From positions 1 to 64,000 of the IMG/VR virus record IMGVR_UViG_3300048574_000462: a stretch of 64,000 nt of DNA; one strand, given 5' to 3'. Position 1 is the first letter of the stretch; every line of letters starts with the position of its first letter. Below are positions 47,622-56,321 of this stretch, in pieces. This DNA comes from a virus. Both the position numbers and the translations under genes were made by a program. A model generated the notes under the pieces. It was given only the letters and a program-made list of their open reading frames with translations. It did no database searches and was not told the origin of the DNA.

Positions 47622-49532
47622 GTGGGCAAGAGTCGATCATTCAAGGAATACGTCAGTGATCGCTTCGAGGACGAATTCTCACAAGCGATTATGGATTATA
47701 TCGAAGACGAAAAAAATGCCAGCACCCTTGATCTACGTCTCCATAAGGTTCGGAACATCGGAAACATTGAGGTTGTCGATACAACCATCCTGTATACCAA
47801 CATTAGCGATCTGCCAGACGGCAAGATAGCTTTTGACGTTGCTATCGAAGCCGAGCTATATGTGCGTGAAGCCGATTATCACTATGACACAGACGAGAGC
47901 TGCATCGAGTGGTTTATGCTTCGATGCTCCGGCGATCTGGATAAGAATCTGAACGACCTTTACATAGCCTCTGTAAAGCCGTATAGTGGCAAAAATAGAA
48001 TGCCAAAGCCGCTGGACGATTCGCTTGTGCCGTTTATCCATTCGGATGATTTGGAGACGGTTGCGAACGGTTTTTTGGAGCGGCACTACTCGCAGGCGCT
48101 AAAGCAGCCGATGCCGGTTGACCCTGCCGAATTAGCAAAAGCTATGGGGCTTACCATCGATATTCGAAGCATCACCGAAGATTTTTCCGTGTTCGGGCAG
48201 CTTTGCTTTCGGGATTGTACTACAGAACTATATGATGATAGAGCAGAAAAGATGGAAACAGTCGATGTACAAGCGAAAACCATCATAGTTGACCCGAAAG
48301 CCTACTTTCTTCGAAATCTAGGCCAGGTCAATAATACCATCGTTCATGAATGCGTCCACTGGGATCAGCATCGAAAAGCATTTGAATTAGAACGGCTGTA
48401 TAACGAGAGTGCAACACAAATATGCTGTAAAGTTGTGGGCGGTGTTAGTGGTATCAACAAAAGTTCTATTGATTGGATGGAGTGGCATGCAAATGCGCTT
48501 GCGCCTCGCATACAGATGCCGCTTGCGCCTTTCAAGATGAAGGTATACGAACTCTTGCGCGAATACCGTGCAAAATCTGGCTCTGACGATATTTTGGATT
48601 TCATTGAGCCGCTCATCAACGCATTGGCCGTGTTCTATGGCGTTTCCAGAACCGCCGCAAAGATTCGTATGGTCGACGCTGGGTTTCATGAGGCTGTTGG
48701 TGCATTTAACTATATAGATGGACGTTATATCCGGACGCATGCCTTTAAGAAAGACTCCATTAAGCGTAACCAGACGTTTTCTGTCTCGGCAGAGGATGCG
48801 GCTATTCTATACTTCACATGCTCAGATTTCTGCGATACGGTGAAGGATGGAAACTATGTGTATGTTGACTCGCATTTTGTTATCAATAGCCCCAAGTATG
48901 TCACCATAGACGGCGAGGGCGCTTTGTGCCTTACGAAATACGCCCGTAGGCACATGGAATTATGTTGCCTCGTGTTTGACATGGAAGTCAAGTCAGGGCA
49001 AAAAGAGCGATATCATACTGAGTGTTTCCTTAATAAAGACAAAGACTCTCCCGTTACATTTGAAATCAAGTACAGCAATGGGAATCAGTATGTAAGCTCT
49101 GAAAAGCAGAAAGAAATTCTTACCACTGCTGTTCATGAAGAAGCAAAAATACTGGAGGAAGGCTTGCCGGGCAACTGCGCATTAGCCCTACAGAAAATGA
49201 TGAAATATCGTAACGTAAGCAATGCAGAGCTTGAGAGAAGAATCGGGCTAGACGATCAAACAATTAGCCGCATTGTAAACGGAGTACGTGAGCCAACCAC
49301 AGAGTCACTTGTCATGATATGTCTTGGTCTGCATCTTCCTTTTGGTGTTAGTGAACATATTATGAGAAGCTCGCCCTGCCCGCTTGTTTTACAGAAGGAT
49401 TCCCATATCTGGTATAGATTTGCATTGATGCATAAGTACCCGGAACGTTTTCTGAAAGTCAACGACTTTCTGGCGGAGCATGGCGCTTCGCTGATCACCA
49501 GCGATGCCCAACGCGCTAAAATAATCGAGTAA
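47622..49532 (+). CDS. ImmA/IrrE-family metallopeptidase with C-terminal XRE HTH
   Basis: TIVHECVHW (HExxH), MEWHANALA..I.MP, C-terminal ELERRIGLDDQTISRI.NG...P...LV.IC.GL.LP. Confidence 0.85.
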   Translation: MGKSRSFKEYVSDRFEDEFSQAIMDYIEDEKNASTLDLRLHKVRNIGNIEVVDTTILYTNISDLPDGKIAFDVAIEAELYVREADYHYDTDESCIEWFMLRCSGDLDKNLNDLYIASVKPYSGKNRMPKPLDDSLVPFIHSDDLETVANGFLERHYSQALKQPMPVDPAELAKAMGLTIDIRSITEDFSVFGQLCFRDCTTELYDDRAEKMETVDVQAKTIIVDPKAYFLRNLGQVNNTIVHECVHWDQHRKAFELERLYNESATQICCKVVGGVSGINKSSIDWMEWHANALAPRIQMPLAPFKMKVYELLREYRAKSGSDDILDFIEPLINALAVFYGVSRTAAKIRMVDAGFHEAVGAFNYIDGRYIRTHAFKKDSIKRNQTFSVSAEDAAILYFTCSDFCDTVKDGNYVYVDSHFVINSPKYVTIDGEGALCLTKYARRHMELCCLVFDMEVKSGQKERYHTECFLNKDKDSPVTFEIKYSNGNQYVSSEKQKEILTTAVHEEAKILEEGLPGNCALALQKMMKYRNVSNAELERRIGLDDQTISRIVNGVREPTTESLVMICLGLHLPFGVSEHIMRSSPCPLVLQKDSHIWYRFALMHKYPERFLKVNDFLAEHGASLITSDAQRAKIIE

Positions 49533-49542
49533 AATTTTCGAG

Positions 49543-49572
49543 AAGGTGGACGAGGCACGTCCACCTTTTTTG
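49543..49572 (+). terminator. Perfect hairpin plus T run; also operator-like palindrome
   Basis: AAGGTGGACG-AGGCA-CGTCCACCTT-TTTTT. Confidence 0.7.
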
Positions 49573-49596
49573 CCATAAATTCGCATTTCCATTCTG

Positions 49597-49643
49597 AAAG
49601 CCCGGTAGAGACTTCACTCGTGGAGTTTTTACCGGGCTTTTTT
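49597..49643 (+). terminator. Long hairpin plus T run
   Basis: AAAGCCCGGTAGAGACTTCAC-TC-GTGGAGTTTTTACCGGGCTTT-TTT. Confidence 0.65.
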
Positions 49644-50053
49644 GCGTTTTTGGTCTCGTGCTATGTGGACGAGGCGTGTCCAACACAGCCCTCATATATC
49701 AAGATAAACTCTTCGTGGATAGCAGAGATGACGCTTTCTACGATATCTCAACGCAGAGATGACCATCAGGCGGCGGGATACAAAGAAAGCGGACATTACC
49801 ACGTACAGCTTGATCCTGCCGGGTCGCTCCCGGTCTGAAGTTCTCGATCAAGCTGGAAGACCCGCACCACGCTTGGGAAGGCGCAGGTGCAGCCGATGAG
49901 GGATCCTCCTTCATTTTGCGGCTGACCTAGTTTAGGTGCGCTCAAAATGCCTTGGATGGCTCCCTCAGATGCAGCAAAGCGTTGAGGGAGCTTCATTTTT
50001 GCCTCCTTCACGCTTTCAGAACAACACGACCTGAAAACGAAAAGGAGCCAAAC

Positions 50054-50746
50054 ATGAGCCAATCCAGCAATCCTCGCAAGTCCTATCCCCATGTCCCGAA
50101 GCAGTCCTACGACCGTCAGCCGATGCACTACATCTGCATCGGTGCTGATGACATCTACACCATGATCACCCGCGCGGAGTTTTTCTCCCTTATGCGCAGC
50201 GTGGACGAGCCCATCAAGCAAACCTACATCGACGCCGATGGCGGATGCTCCTTTTTCTTCCCACTTTCTGCACATATGGCGGAGTTCGCTGTCCGACTCA
50301 AACGTGAAAAAGATGCTGAAGATCAGCGCCGCGTTCGCACCCGCCAGTGCATATACAAGAACACTGCGAAATGTGATGGCTGGCGCACCCGAGACGAATA
50401 CGGCTGCCTGGGCTGTGAGACCTGCTCTCGTGATCACATTCATCGCACCGTATCGCTCAATCAACCCGTTGGCGAGGATGGCACCGAAATGGGCGATTTG
50501 CTTGCCGATGATACGAGCATTGAGCGTGATATGGAAGAAACCGCCACTCGCGACCTCATCGCCGCTACACTGGCCTCTCTACCTGAGGATGACCGAACCT
50601 TTATCCTCCGCCGCTTTCAGGACGGCATGACGCTCCGGAAACTGGCCGACGAGTGTGACATCTCCGACTTCAGGTACGCGGGTAAAAAGGCCAATCGCAT
50701 CATCGAACGCTTGAAAGCTGAAGCCCGACGGCTTGCTCCACAATAA
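50054..50746 (+). CDS. Sigma-70 region 4-containing regulator
   Basis: AAGGAG RBS; Cys cluster, SLNQPVGEDG.EMGDLLAD, L..L...DR..I..RF..G.TLR.LA. Confidence 0.75.
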   Translation: MSQSSNPRKSYPHVPKQSYDRQPMHYICIGADDIYTMITRAEFFSLMRSVDEPIKQTYIDADGGCSFFFPLSAHMAEFAVRLKREKDAEDQRRVRTRQCIYKNTAKCDGWRTRDEYGCLGCETCSRDHIHRTVSLNQPVGEDGTEMGDLLADDTSIERDMEETATRDLIAATLASLPEDDRTFILRRFQDGMTLRKLADECDISDFRYAGKKANRIIERLKAEARRLAPQ

Positions 50747-50832
50747 TTATTTCCGCCGCCTGTCCACATCTCCCCTCCATCTGTCAGCAAGAAAGTGTGA
50801 GGGCAACAAGCCCTCGGATGGAGGTGAGATGG

Positions 50833-51045
50833 ATGGCGGAATACCGTGAACGCGAAACGGCCAGTCGCGATGAAGTTGCCGGTCTCCTGATGGCGATCAG
50901 CATTGTCGCAAAGAGACTGGCGCTCAAGCTGGCAAATTTGGAACAACGGAACGAAGGAGGACATGACAATGAGCAAAATGGCAGAACTGGATGCTGCGGT
51001 TGCCGAGCTACACAGGTGTGGCGAAGCCCTTATCGGTGTGTCTGA
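50833..51045 (+). CDS. Small hypothetical protein
   Basis: GGAGGTG RBS; L.AISIV.KRLA.KL. Confidence 0.5.
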   Translation: MAEYRERETASRDEVAGLLMAISIVAKRLALKLANLEQRNEGGHDNEQNGRTGCCGCRATQVWRSPYRCV

Positions 51046-51277
51046 GGCGCTGAAGGGGTTGTTCAACGGAAGCGATGCGTGTCAGGCGGACGCCCAACCG
51101 CAGCCAGCTGCCAAGGCGCTTGTCCTCGAAAACGTGCGTTCTGTGCTGGCGCAAAAGTCTGTGGAAGGCCACACCGCCCAGGTACAGGCTCTGATCCGCA
51201 AGTACGGCGCGGATAGGCTGAGTCAGGTCGATCCGGCACGCTATGTCGACCTGCTCCACGAAGCGGAGGTGCTCTGA
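50969..51277 (+). CDS. Conserved phage protein preceding DUF2800
   Basis: MSKM.EL, LE.VR.VLA.KS..G.T..V..L..KYGA..LS.VDP..Y. Confidence 0.8.
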   Translation: MSKMAELDAAVAELHRCGEALIGVSEALKGLFNGSDACQADAQPQPAAKALVLENVRSVLAQKSVEGHTAQVQALIRKYGADRLSQVDPARYVDLLHEAEVL

Positions 51278-52416
51278 TGCCTCCTTCAAAACACGCGATC
51301 CTGTCGGCGTCCGCCTCGCACCGCTGGCTGAACTGCAGCCCATCCGCGCGGCTGGAGCAGGAGTTCACTGATCGGGAAACGGCTGCCGCCGCCGAGGGCA
51401 CCGCCGCCCACGCGCTGTGTGAGCACAAACTCCGGAAGGCACTTAAGCAGCAGTCCCGAAAGCCCATCTCCCAGTACGACTGTGATGAGATGGATAATTA
51501 CACTGACGGGTATGTGCAGTTCGTACTGGAAATCATCGCTGAAGCCCGGCAAGTTTGCGCTGACCCAATCATCAACATCGAACAGCGGCTGGACTTCTCC
51601 TGTTACGTTCCGGATGGTTTCGGAACCGGCGACTGCGTCATCATCTCCGACAAGACGCTGCACATCATCGATTTCAAGTACGGGCAGGGCGTGCTGGTCG
51701 AAGCGGATCACAATCCTCAGATGATGCTCTACGCGCTGGGTGCTCTCCATGTCTACGACAGCCTGTACGACATCAATGAAGTGGCCATGACGATCTACCA
51801 GCCCCGGCGCGAGAATATCAGCACATGGACGATCCCTGTGGCTGAGCTCAAGGTGTGGGCGGAGGACGAGCTTAAGCCCAAGGCAGCCTTGGCTTACGAG
51901 GGAAAAGGCGACTATCATCCCGGCCCTTGGTGTACCTTCTGCCGGGCGGCAGTCAAGTGCCGCGCACGAGCCGAGGAAAAGCTGCGGCTGGCGCAGTATG
52001 AATTCGCTCTCCCGCCGCTGCTTTTGGATACGGAGATCGAAGAGATTCTGGACAAGCTCTCCGATCTCACCAGTTGGGCTAATGAGATCATGGAATACGC
52101 GCAGGACACCGCCCTCAACCACGGCAAGCAGTGGAAGAATTGGAAAGTGGTCGAAGGTCGCTCCAACCGCAAATACACCGATGAGCAGGCCGTGATCACC
52201 GCGTCCAACGTTGCCGGATACCTCGACATCTTCCGGAAGACGCTGCTCCCGCTGACTGAAATGGAAAAGCTCATGGGCAAGCAGAACTTCCAAACCATTC
52301 TGGGCGGGCTGGTCCATAAACCCGCAGGCAAACCCACTCTGGTACCCATGTCGGACAAGCGCCCGCCCATCGCCAGCGCCAACACAGATTTCAACGAAAT
52401 ACAGGAGGATATGTAA
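51277..52416 (+). CDS. DUF2800 Cas4-like PD-(D/E)xK exonuclease
   Basis: HA.LSAS..HRWL.C, EGT.AH, FGT.D, IIDFKYG, NPQ..LYALG, WC.FC....C. Confidence 0.9.
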   Translation: MPPSKHAILSASASHRWLNCSPSARLEQEFTDRETAAAAEGTAAHALCEHKLRKALKQQSRKPISQYDCDEMDNYTDGYVQFVLEIIAEARQVCADPIINIEQRLDFSCYVPDGFGTGDCVIISDKTLHIIDFKYGQGVLVEADHNPQMMLYALGALHVYDSLYDINEVAMTIYQPRRENISTWTIPVAELKVWAEDELKPKAALAYEGKGDYHPGPWCTFCRAAVKCRARAEEKLRLAQYEFALPPLLLDTEIEEILDKLSDLTSWANEIMEYAQDTALNHGKQWKNWKVVEGRSNRKYTDEQAVITASNVAGYLDIFRKTLLPLTEMEKLMGKQNFQTILGGLVHKPAGKPTLVPMSDKRPPIASANTDFNEIQEDM

Positions 52417-52418
52417 TC

Positions 52419-52964
52419 ATGGCTAAGCAGAGCAATACCAAGGTGATCACCGGTCTCGTCCGTCTTTCTTACGCCAACGTGTGGGAGCCCAAATCCATCA
52501 ATGGCGGGGACCCCAAGTACAGCTGTTCCATCATCATCCCCAAGACCGACGCGGAAACGGTCAATGCGATCAACGACGCCATCGACTGCGCCATCAAGGA
52601 AGGCGTTGGCAAGTTTGGTGGGAAGATCCCCCCTAAGGGCGCTCTCAAACTGCCGCTTCGCGATGGCGACACCGAGCGCGATGATGATAGCTACAAAGGG
52701 TGTTTCTTCATCAACGCCAACAGCAAGACAGCACCGCAGATCGTGGACAAGCATGTGCGCCCCATCATCGACCGCAGCGAAGTCTACTCCGGCGTGTACG
52801 CTCACGTCTCGCTCAGCTTCTATGCGTTCAATACCAATGGGAATCGCGGCGTTGCCTGCGGGCTGGGAAATATTCAAAAGGCGCGCGACGGCGAGCCGCT
52901 CGGCGGGCGTACCAGCGCTTCTTCCGAGTTTGACACGCTGGACGAAAACGATTTCCTGGCCTAA
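52419..52964 (+). CDS. DUF2815 ssDNA-binding protein (T7 gp2.5-like)
   Basis: RLSY...WEP, LPLRDGD, VYSG.Y, GL.NIQK..DGEPLGG, acidic tail. Confidence 0.9.
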   Translation: MAKQSNTKVITGLVRLSYANVWEPKSINGGDPKYSCSIIIPKTDAETVNAINDAIDCAIKEGVGKFGGKIPPKGALKLPLRDGDTERDDDSYKGCFFINANSKTAPQIVDKHVRPIIDRSEVYSGVYAHVSLSFYAFNTNGNRGVACGLGNIQKARDGEPLGGRTSASSEFDTLDENDFLA

Positions 52965-53018
52965 ACGACTGACCGGAGCGGGCGGCGGAGCGATCTGCCG
53001 CCCTGTTTCCTTTGAGGT

Positions 53019-54965
53019 GTGAATATGAAAGACCTAGTTATGGATCTGGAAACGTTCAGCAGCGCGGATATTGGTAAGACAGGCGTCTATCGTTATGCCG
53101 AAGATCCGTTCTTTGAAGTATTGCTGTTAGGGTATAGCGTTGATGCCGGCCCGGTTCAGGTGGTTGATCTGGCCAATGGGGAGCAACTGCCGCTCGAGAT
53201 TCGCAGTGCATTAACCGATCCCTCCGTAACCAAGTGGGCGTTTAATGCCAATTTTGAACGTGTGTGCCTGTCTCGCTATCTTGGCTTGCCTTCGGGGGAA
53301 TACCTCAACCCGGAAGAGTGGCGTTGCTCAATGGTGTGGTCAGCTTATCTGGGCTTGCCGCTTTCACTGGCGGGCGTGGGCGCGGTGCTGAAGCTGGAAA
53401 AACAAAAGCTGGAAACGGGTAAAGACCTCATCAAGTATTTTTGCCAGCCCTGCGCGCCGACAAAAACGAATGGTGGACGCACGCGCAATCGTGCAGCCGA
53501 CGCATTGGATAAGTGGGCGCTGTTCAAGTCCTACAACCTCCGCGATGTGGAAACCGAAATGGCGATCCAGGAGAAGTTGGCCCGTTTCCCCGTACCGGAT
53601 TTCGTCTGGGACGAATACCATCTGGACCAGGAAATCAACGACCGGGGCATCAGGCTGGACATGCAGATGGTCAATAACGCCATTCGTATGGATGAGCTAT
53701 CCCACGAGGAACTCACCCTAAAAATGCAGGAACTGACGGCGCTGGACAACCCCAATTCCGTCGCGCAGATGAAGGTCTGGCTGGCAGATAACGGATTGGA
53801 AATGGAATCTCTCAGCAAAAAGGAACTGGCGGCAGCGCTCAAGAATGCACCTGATGGTCTTGTGGATGTGCTGCTCCTACGACAGCAACTGGCGAAGGCG
53901 TCCGTGAGAAAATATCAGGCGATGCGCAATAGCGTCTGTGACGATGGCCGGGCGCACGGCATGTTCATGTTTTATGGTGCGAATCGAACAGGTCGATTCT
54001 CCGGCAGGCTGATCCAATTGCAGAATTTGCCCCAGAATCACATGAGCGATCTGGAGCAGGCGCGGGCGCTTGTGAGAAGTGGCGATTACGGCTCCCTGCA
54101 TTTGCTCTTTGATTCCGTTCCGGATGTGCTTTCCGAGCTCATTCGCACGGCGTTCGTGCCCTATGAAGGTGGTAAGCTTATCGTCTCCGACTTCTCCGCC
54201 ATCGAAGCCCGCGTCATTGCCTGGCTGGCCGGAGAACAATGGCGGCTGGATGTTTTCAAAAATGGCGGCGACATCTATTGCGCCAGCGCATCTCAGATGT
54301 TCAGGGTGCCCGTGGAGAAACACGGGCTCAACGGTCATCTCCGTCAAAAGGGGAAGATCGCGGAACTGGCACTTGGATATTCCGGTTCGGTCGGTGCCCT
54401 AAAAGCCATGGGTGCGCTGGACATGGGACTCAAAGAGGAGGAACTCAAGCCGCTTGTCGACGCTTGGCGGGCTGCCAATCCTAACATCGTGAAGCTCTGG
54501 TGGGACGTTGACGCAGCTGTCAAGGAGACAGTATCCGAAAGAGTCTCCACAGAAACACACGGTATCCGTTTCGTGTATGAAAGCGGATTCCTGTTCATCT
54601 GCCTACCATCGGGCAGACGGCTTGCTTACGTGAAGCCCCGGATCGGCGAGAACAGATTTGGGGGCGAATCGGTCACGTATGAAGGCATCGGTGGCACGAA
54701 AAAGTGGGAAAGGCTTGAGAGCTTCGGCGGAAAGTTTGTCGAGAACATTGTGCAAGGCCTCAGCCGCGACATCCTATGTTACGCCATGAAGACGCTCCGG
54801 TGCTGCAACATTGTGGCTCATGTGCATGACGAAATCATCATCGAAGCCGATCCAAGGATGTCGCTACAAGCTGTTTGTGAACAGATGGGACGCACGCCTA
54901 CTTGGGCGAAAGGCTTGATTCTTCGCGCGGACGGATTCGAAACCCTATTTTACAAAAAAGACTAG
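53019..54965 (+). CDS. Family A DNA polymerase
   Basis: DLETFS, AFNANFER, YN..DV, RTGRFSG, DFSAIEAR, KIAELALGY, HVHDE. Confidence 0.93.
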   Translation: MNMKDLVMDLETFSSADIGKTGVYRYAEDPFFEVLLLGYSVDAGPVQVVDLANGEQLPLEIRSALTDPSVTKWAFNANFERVCLSRYLGLPSGEYLNPEEWRCSMVWSAYLGLPLSLAGVGAVLKLEKQKLETGKDLIKYFCQPCAPTKTNGGRTRNRAADALDKWALFKSYNLRDVETEMAIQEKLARFPVPDFVWDEYHLDQEINDRGIRLDMQMVNNAIRMDELSHEELTLKMQELTALDNPNSVAQMKVWLADNGLEMESLSKKELAAALKNAPDGLVDVLLLRQQLAKASVRKYQAMRNSVCDDGRAHGMFMFYGANRTGRFSGRLIQLQNLPQNHMSDLEQARALVRSGDYGSLHLLFDSVPDVLSELIRTAFVPYEGGKLIVSDFSAIEARVIAWLAGEQWRLDVFKNGGDIYCASASQMFRVPVEKHGLNGHLRQKGKIAELALGYSGSVGALKAMGALDMGLKEEELKPLVDAWRAANPNIVKLWWDVDAAVKETVSERVSTETHGIRFVYESGFLFICLPSGRRLAYVKPRIGENRFGGESVTYEGIGGTKKWERLESFGGKFVENIVQGLSRDILCYAMKTLRCCNIVAHVHDEIIIEADPRMSLQAVCEQMGRTPTWAKGLILRADGFETLFYKKD

Positions 54966-55046
54966 CCCGGCTGTCCACAAATCAACGTCTCCTGTCAGCA
55001 GGTAGGTAGAGGGCGACGCCCTACTAATTGCGGCAGGAGGCTTTTT

Positions 55047-55274
55047 ATGTTTTACGTCAAGGCACAACTCAGCGAGGAGGCTCAGGTGACAACGGAGATC
55101 ACAGACGAAAACGTGTTCACCCATTGCCTGGAATGCGGCGTTGAATTGCCGGTCGATCTCGCGGAACTCGCATCCGATGAACACTTCGATCTGTATAGCA
55201 CCGGCATTTGCTGTTCGAGATGCAGTTACAAACACTGGAAGGGTGCGACGCGACATGGCAATCAGCAAGTATAA
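55047..55274 (+). CDS. Small Zn-ribbon protein
   Basis: AGGAGG RBS; CxxC...CxxC. Confidence 0.7.
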   Translation: MFYVKAQLSEEAQVTTEITDENVFTHCLECGVELPVDLAELASDEHFDLYSTGICCSRCSYKHWKGATRHGNQQV

Positions 55275-55677
55275 CGCCGAGGGCTACCCCGACCCGACGG
55301 TCTTTGCAGCCTTCACCAACATCGAAGCTGAGCTGCGAAAAGCCCGGTTCCGGCCGATCGTCTATGTGTGCTCCCCCTACTCTGGAGACACCGATGCCAA
55401 CATCCTGAACGCCCGGCGCTACTGCCGCTTCGCGGTTGACAGCGGCTGCATCCCCATCGCGCCGCACCTGCTGTTCCCCCAGTTCATGCAAGATGATGAC
55501 GAGGCCGAGCGCGATCTGGCGCTGTTCATGGACATCGTGCTACTGACCAAATGCGCAGAGCTCTGGGTGTTCGGCGACGCGATTACGAGGGGCATGGGGA
55601 TCGAGATCGCGCGCGCTATGCGCAAGGGCCAGCGGATCCGCTACTTTTCCAAAGAATGTGAGGAGGTCCACCAATGA
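55255..55677 (+). CDS. DUF4406-like phage protein
   Basis: N.EGY.DPT, YVCSPYSGD, PIAPHLLFPQF, C.ELWVFG; paralog of 5268..5708. Confidence 0.75.
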   Translation: MAISKYNAEGYPDPTVFAAFTNIEAELRKARFRPIVYVCSPYSGDTDANILNARRYCRFAVDSGCIPIAPHLLFPQFMQDDDEAERDLALFMDIVLLTKCAELWVFGDAITRGMGIEIARAMRKGQRIRYFSKECEEVHQ

Positions 55678-56321
55678 ATGATCTGATCCGGATCAACTAT
55701 GAAAGCGAAAACCCGACCGTCAGCGGGCGCGAGATGCACACAGCGCTCGAGATCACAACCCCCTATCACATCTGGTTCCCGCGTATGTGTGAGTACGGTT
55801 TTAAGCCGGGAAAGGACTACGGATTGGTCGAACAAATTTGTCCGACCAATAATCCGAAGAATCCGACGACGATTCGAGCTGACCACAAGCTCACGATCCC
55901 CATGGCCAAGGAGCTCTGCATGCTCCAACGTAGCGAGATGGGCAAAGAGTTCCGGCAGTACTTCATCTCCATCGAGGAAGCGTGGAACACCCCGGACAAG
56001 ATCATGGAGCGCGCGCTCCAGATTGCCCATCGGCGTGCTCTGGAAGCCGAGCGCCAGATTTTCGCACTGGCCGAGGAGAATGAAACCCTTGAGATCGCGC
56101 TAAACACGTCGCTCAAGTTCTTCCCTGTTGCGAAGTACAACCGGACCTTCAAGATGGGTTGGAACTCTGAGCAGTGCAAGGCCATCGGCAAGCGTCTGAC
56201 GGCCTTCTGCCGCACCCGCGCGATCGAAGTGCGGTCGTGCGAAACCAACGACGAGCGCTTCGGCACGGTGAACAGCTACCCGATCACCGCCTGGGAGGCG
56301 TTCCTAGAGGAGGCAATGTAG
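55674..56321 (+). CDS. AntA/AntB antirepressor family protein
   Basis: VSGRE.H..LE..T.Y..WF.RM.EYGF..G.DY, MAKELCMLQR...GK..RQYFI..E. Confidence 0.88.
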   Translation: MNDLIRINYESENPTVSGREMHTALEITTPYHIWFPRMCEYGFKPGKDYGLVEQICPTNNPKNPTTIRADHKLTIPMAKELCMLQRSEMGKEFRQYFISIEEAWNTPDKIMERALQIAHRRALEAERQIFALAEENETLEIALNTSLKFFPVAKYNRTFKMGWNSEQCKAIGKRLTAFCRTRAIEVRSCETNDERFGTVNSYPITAWEAFLEEAM

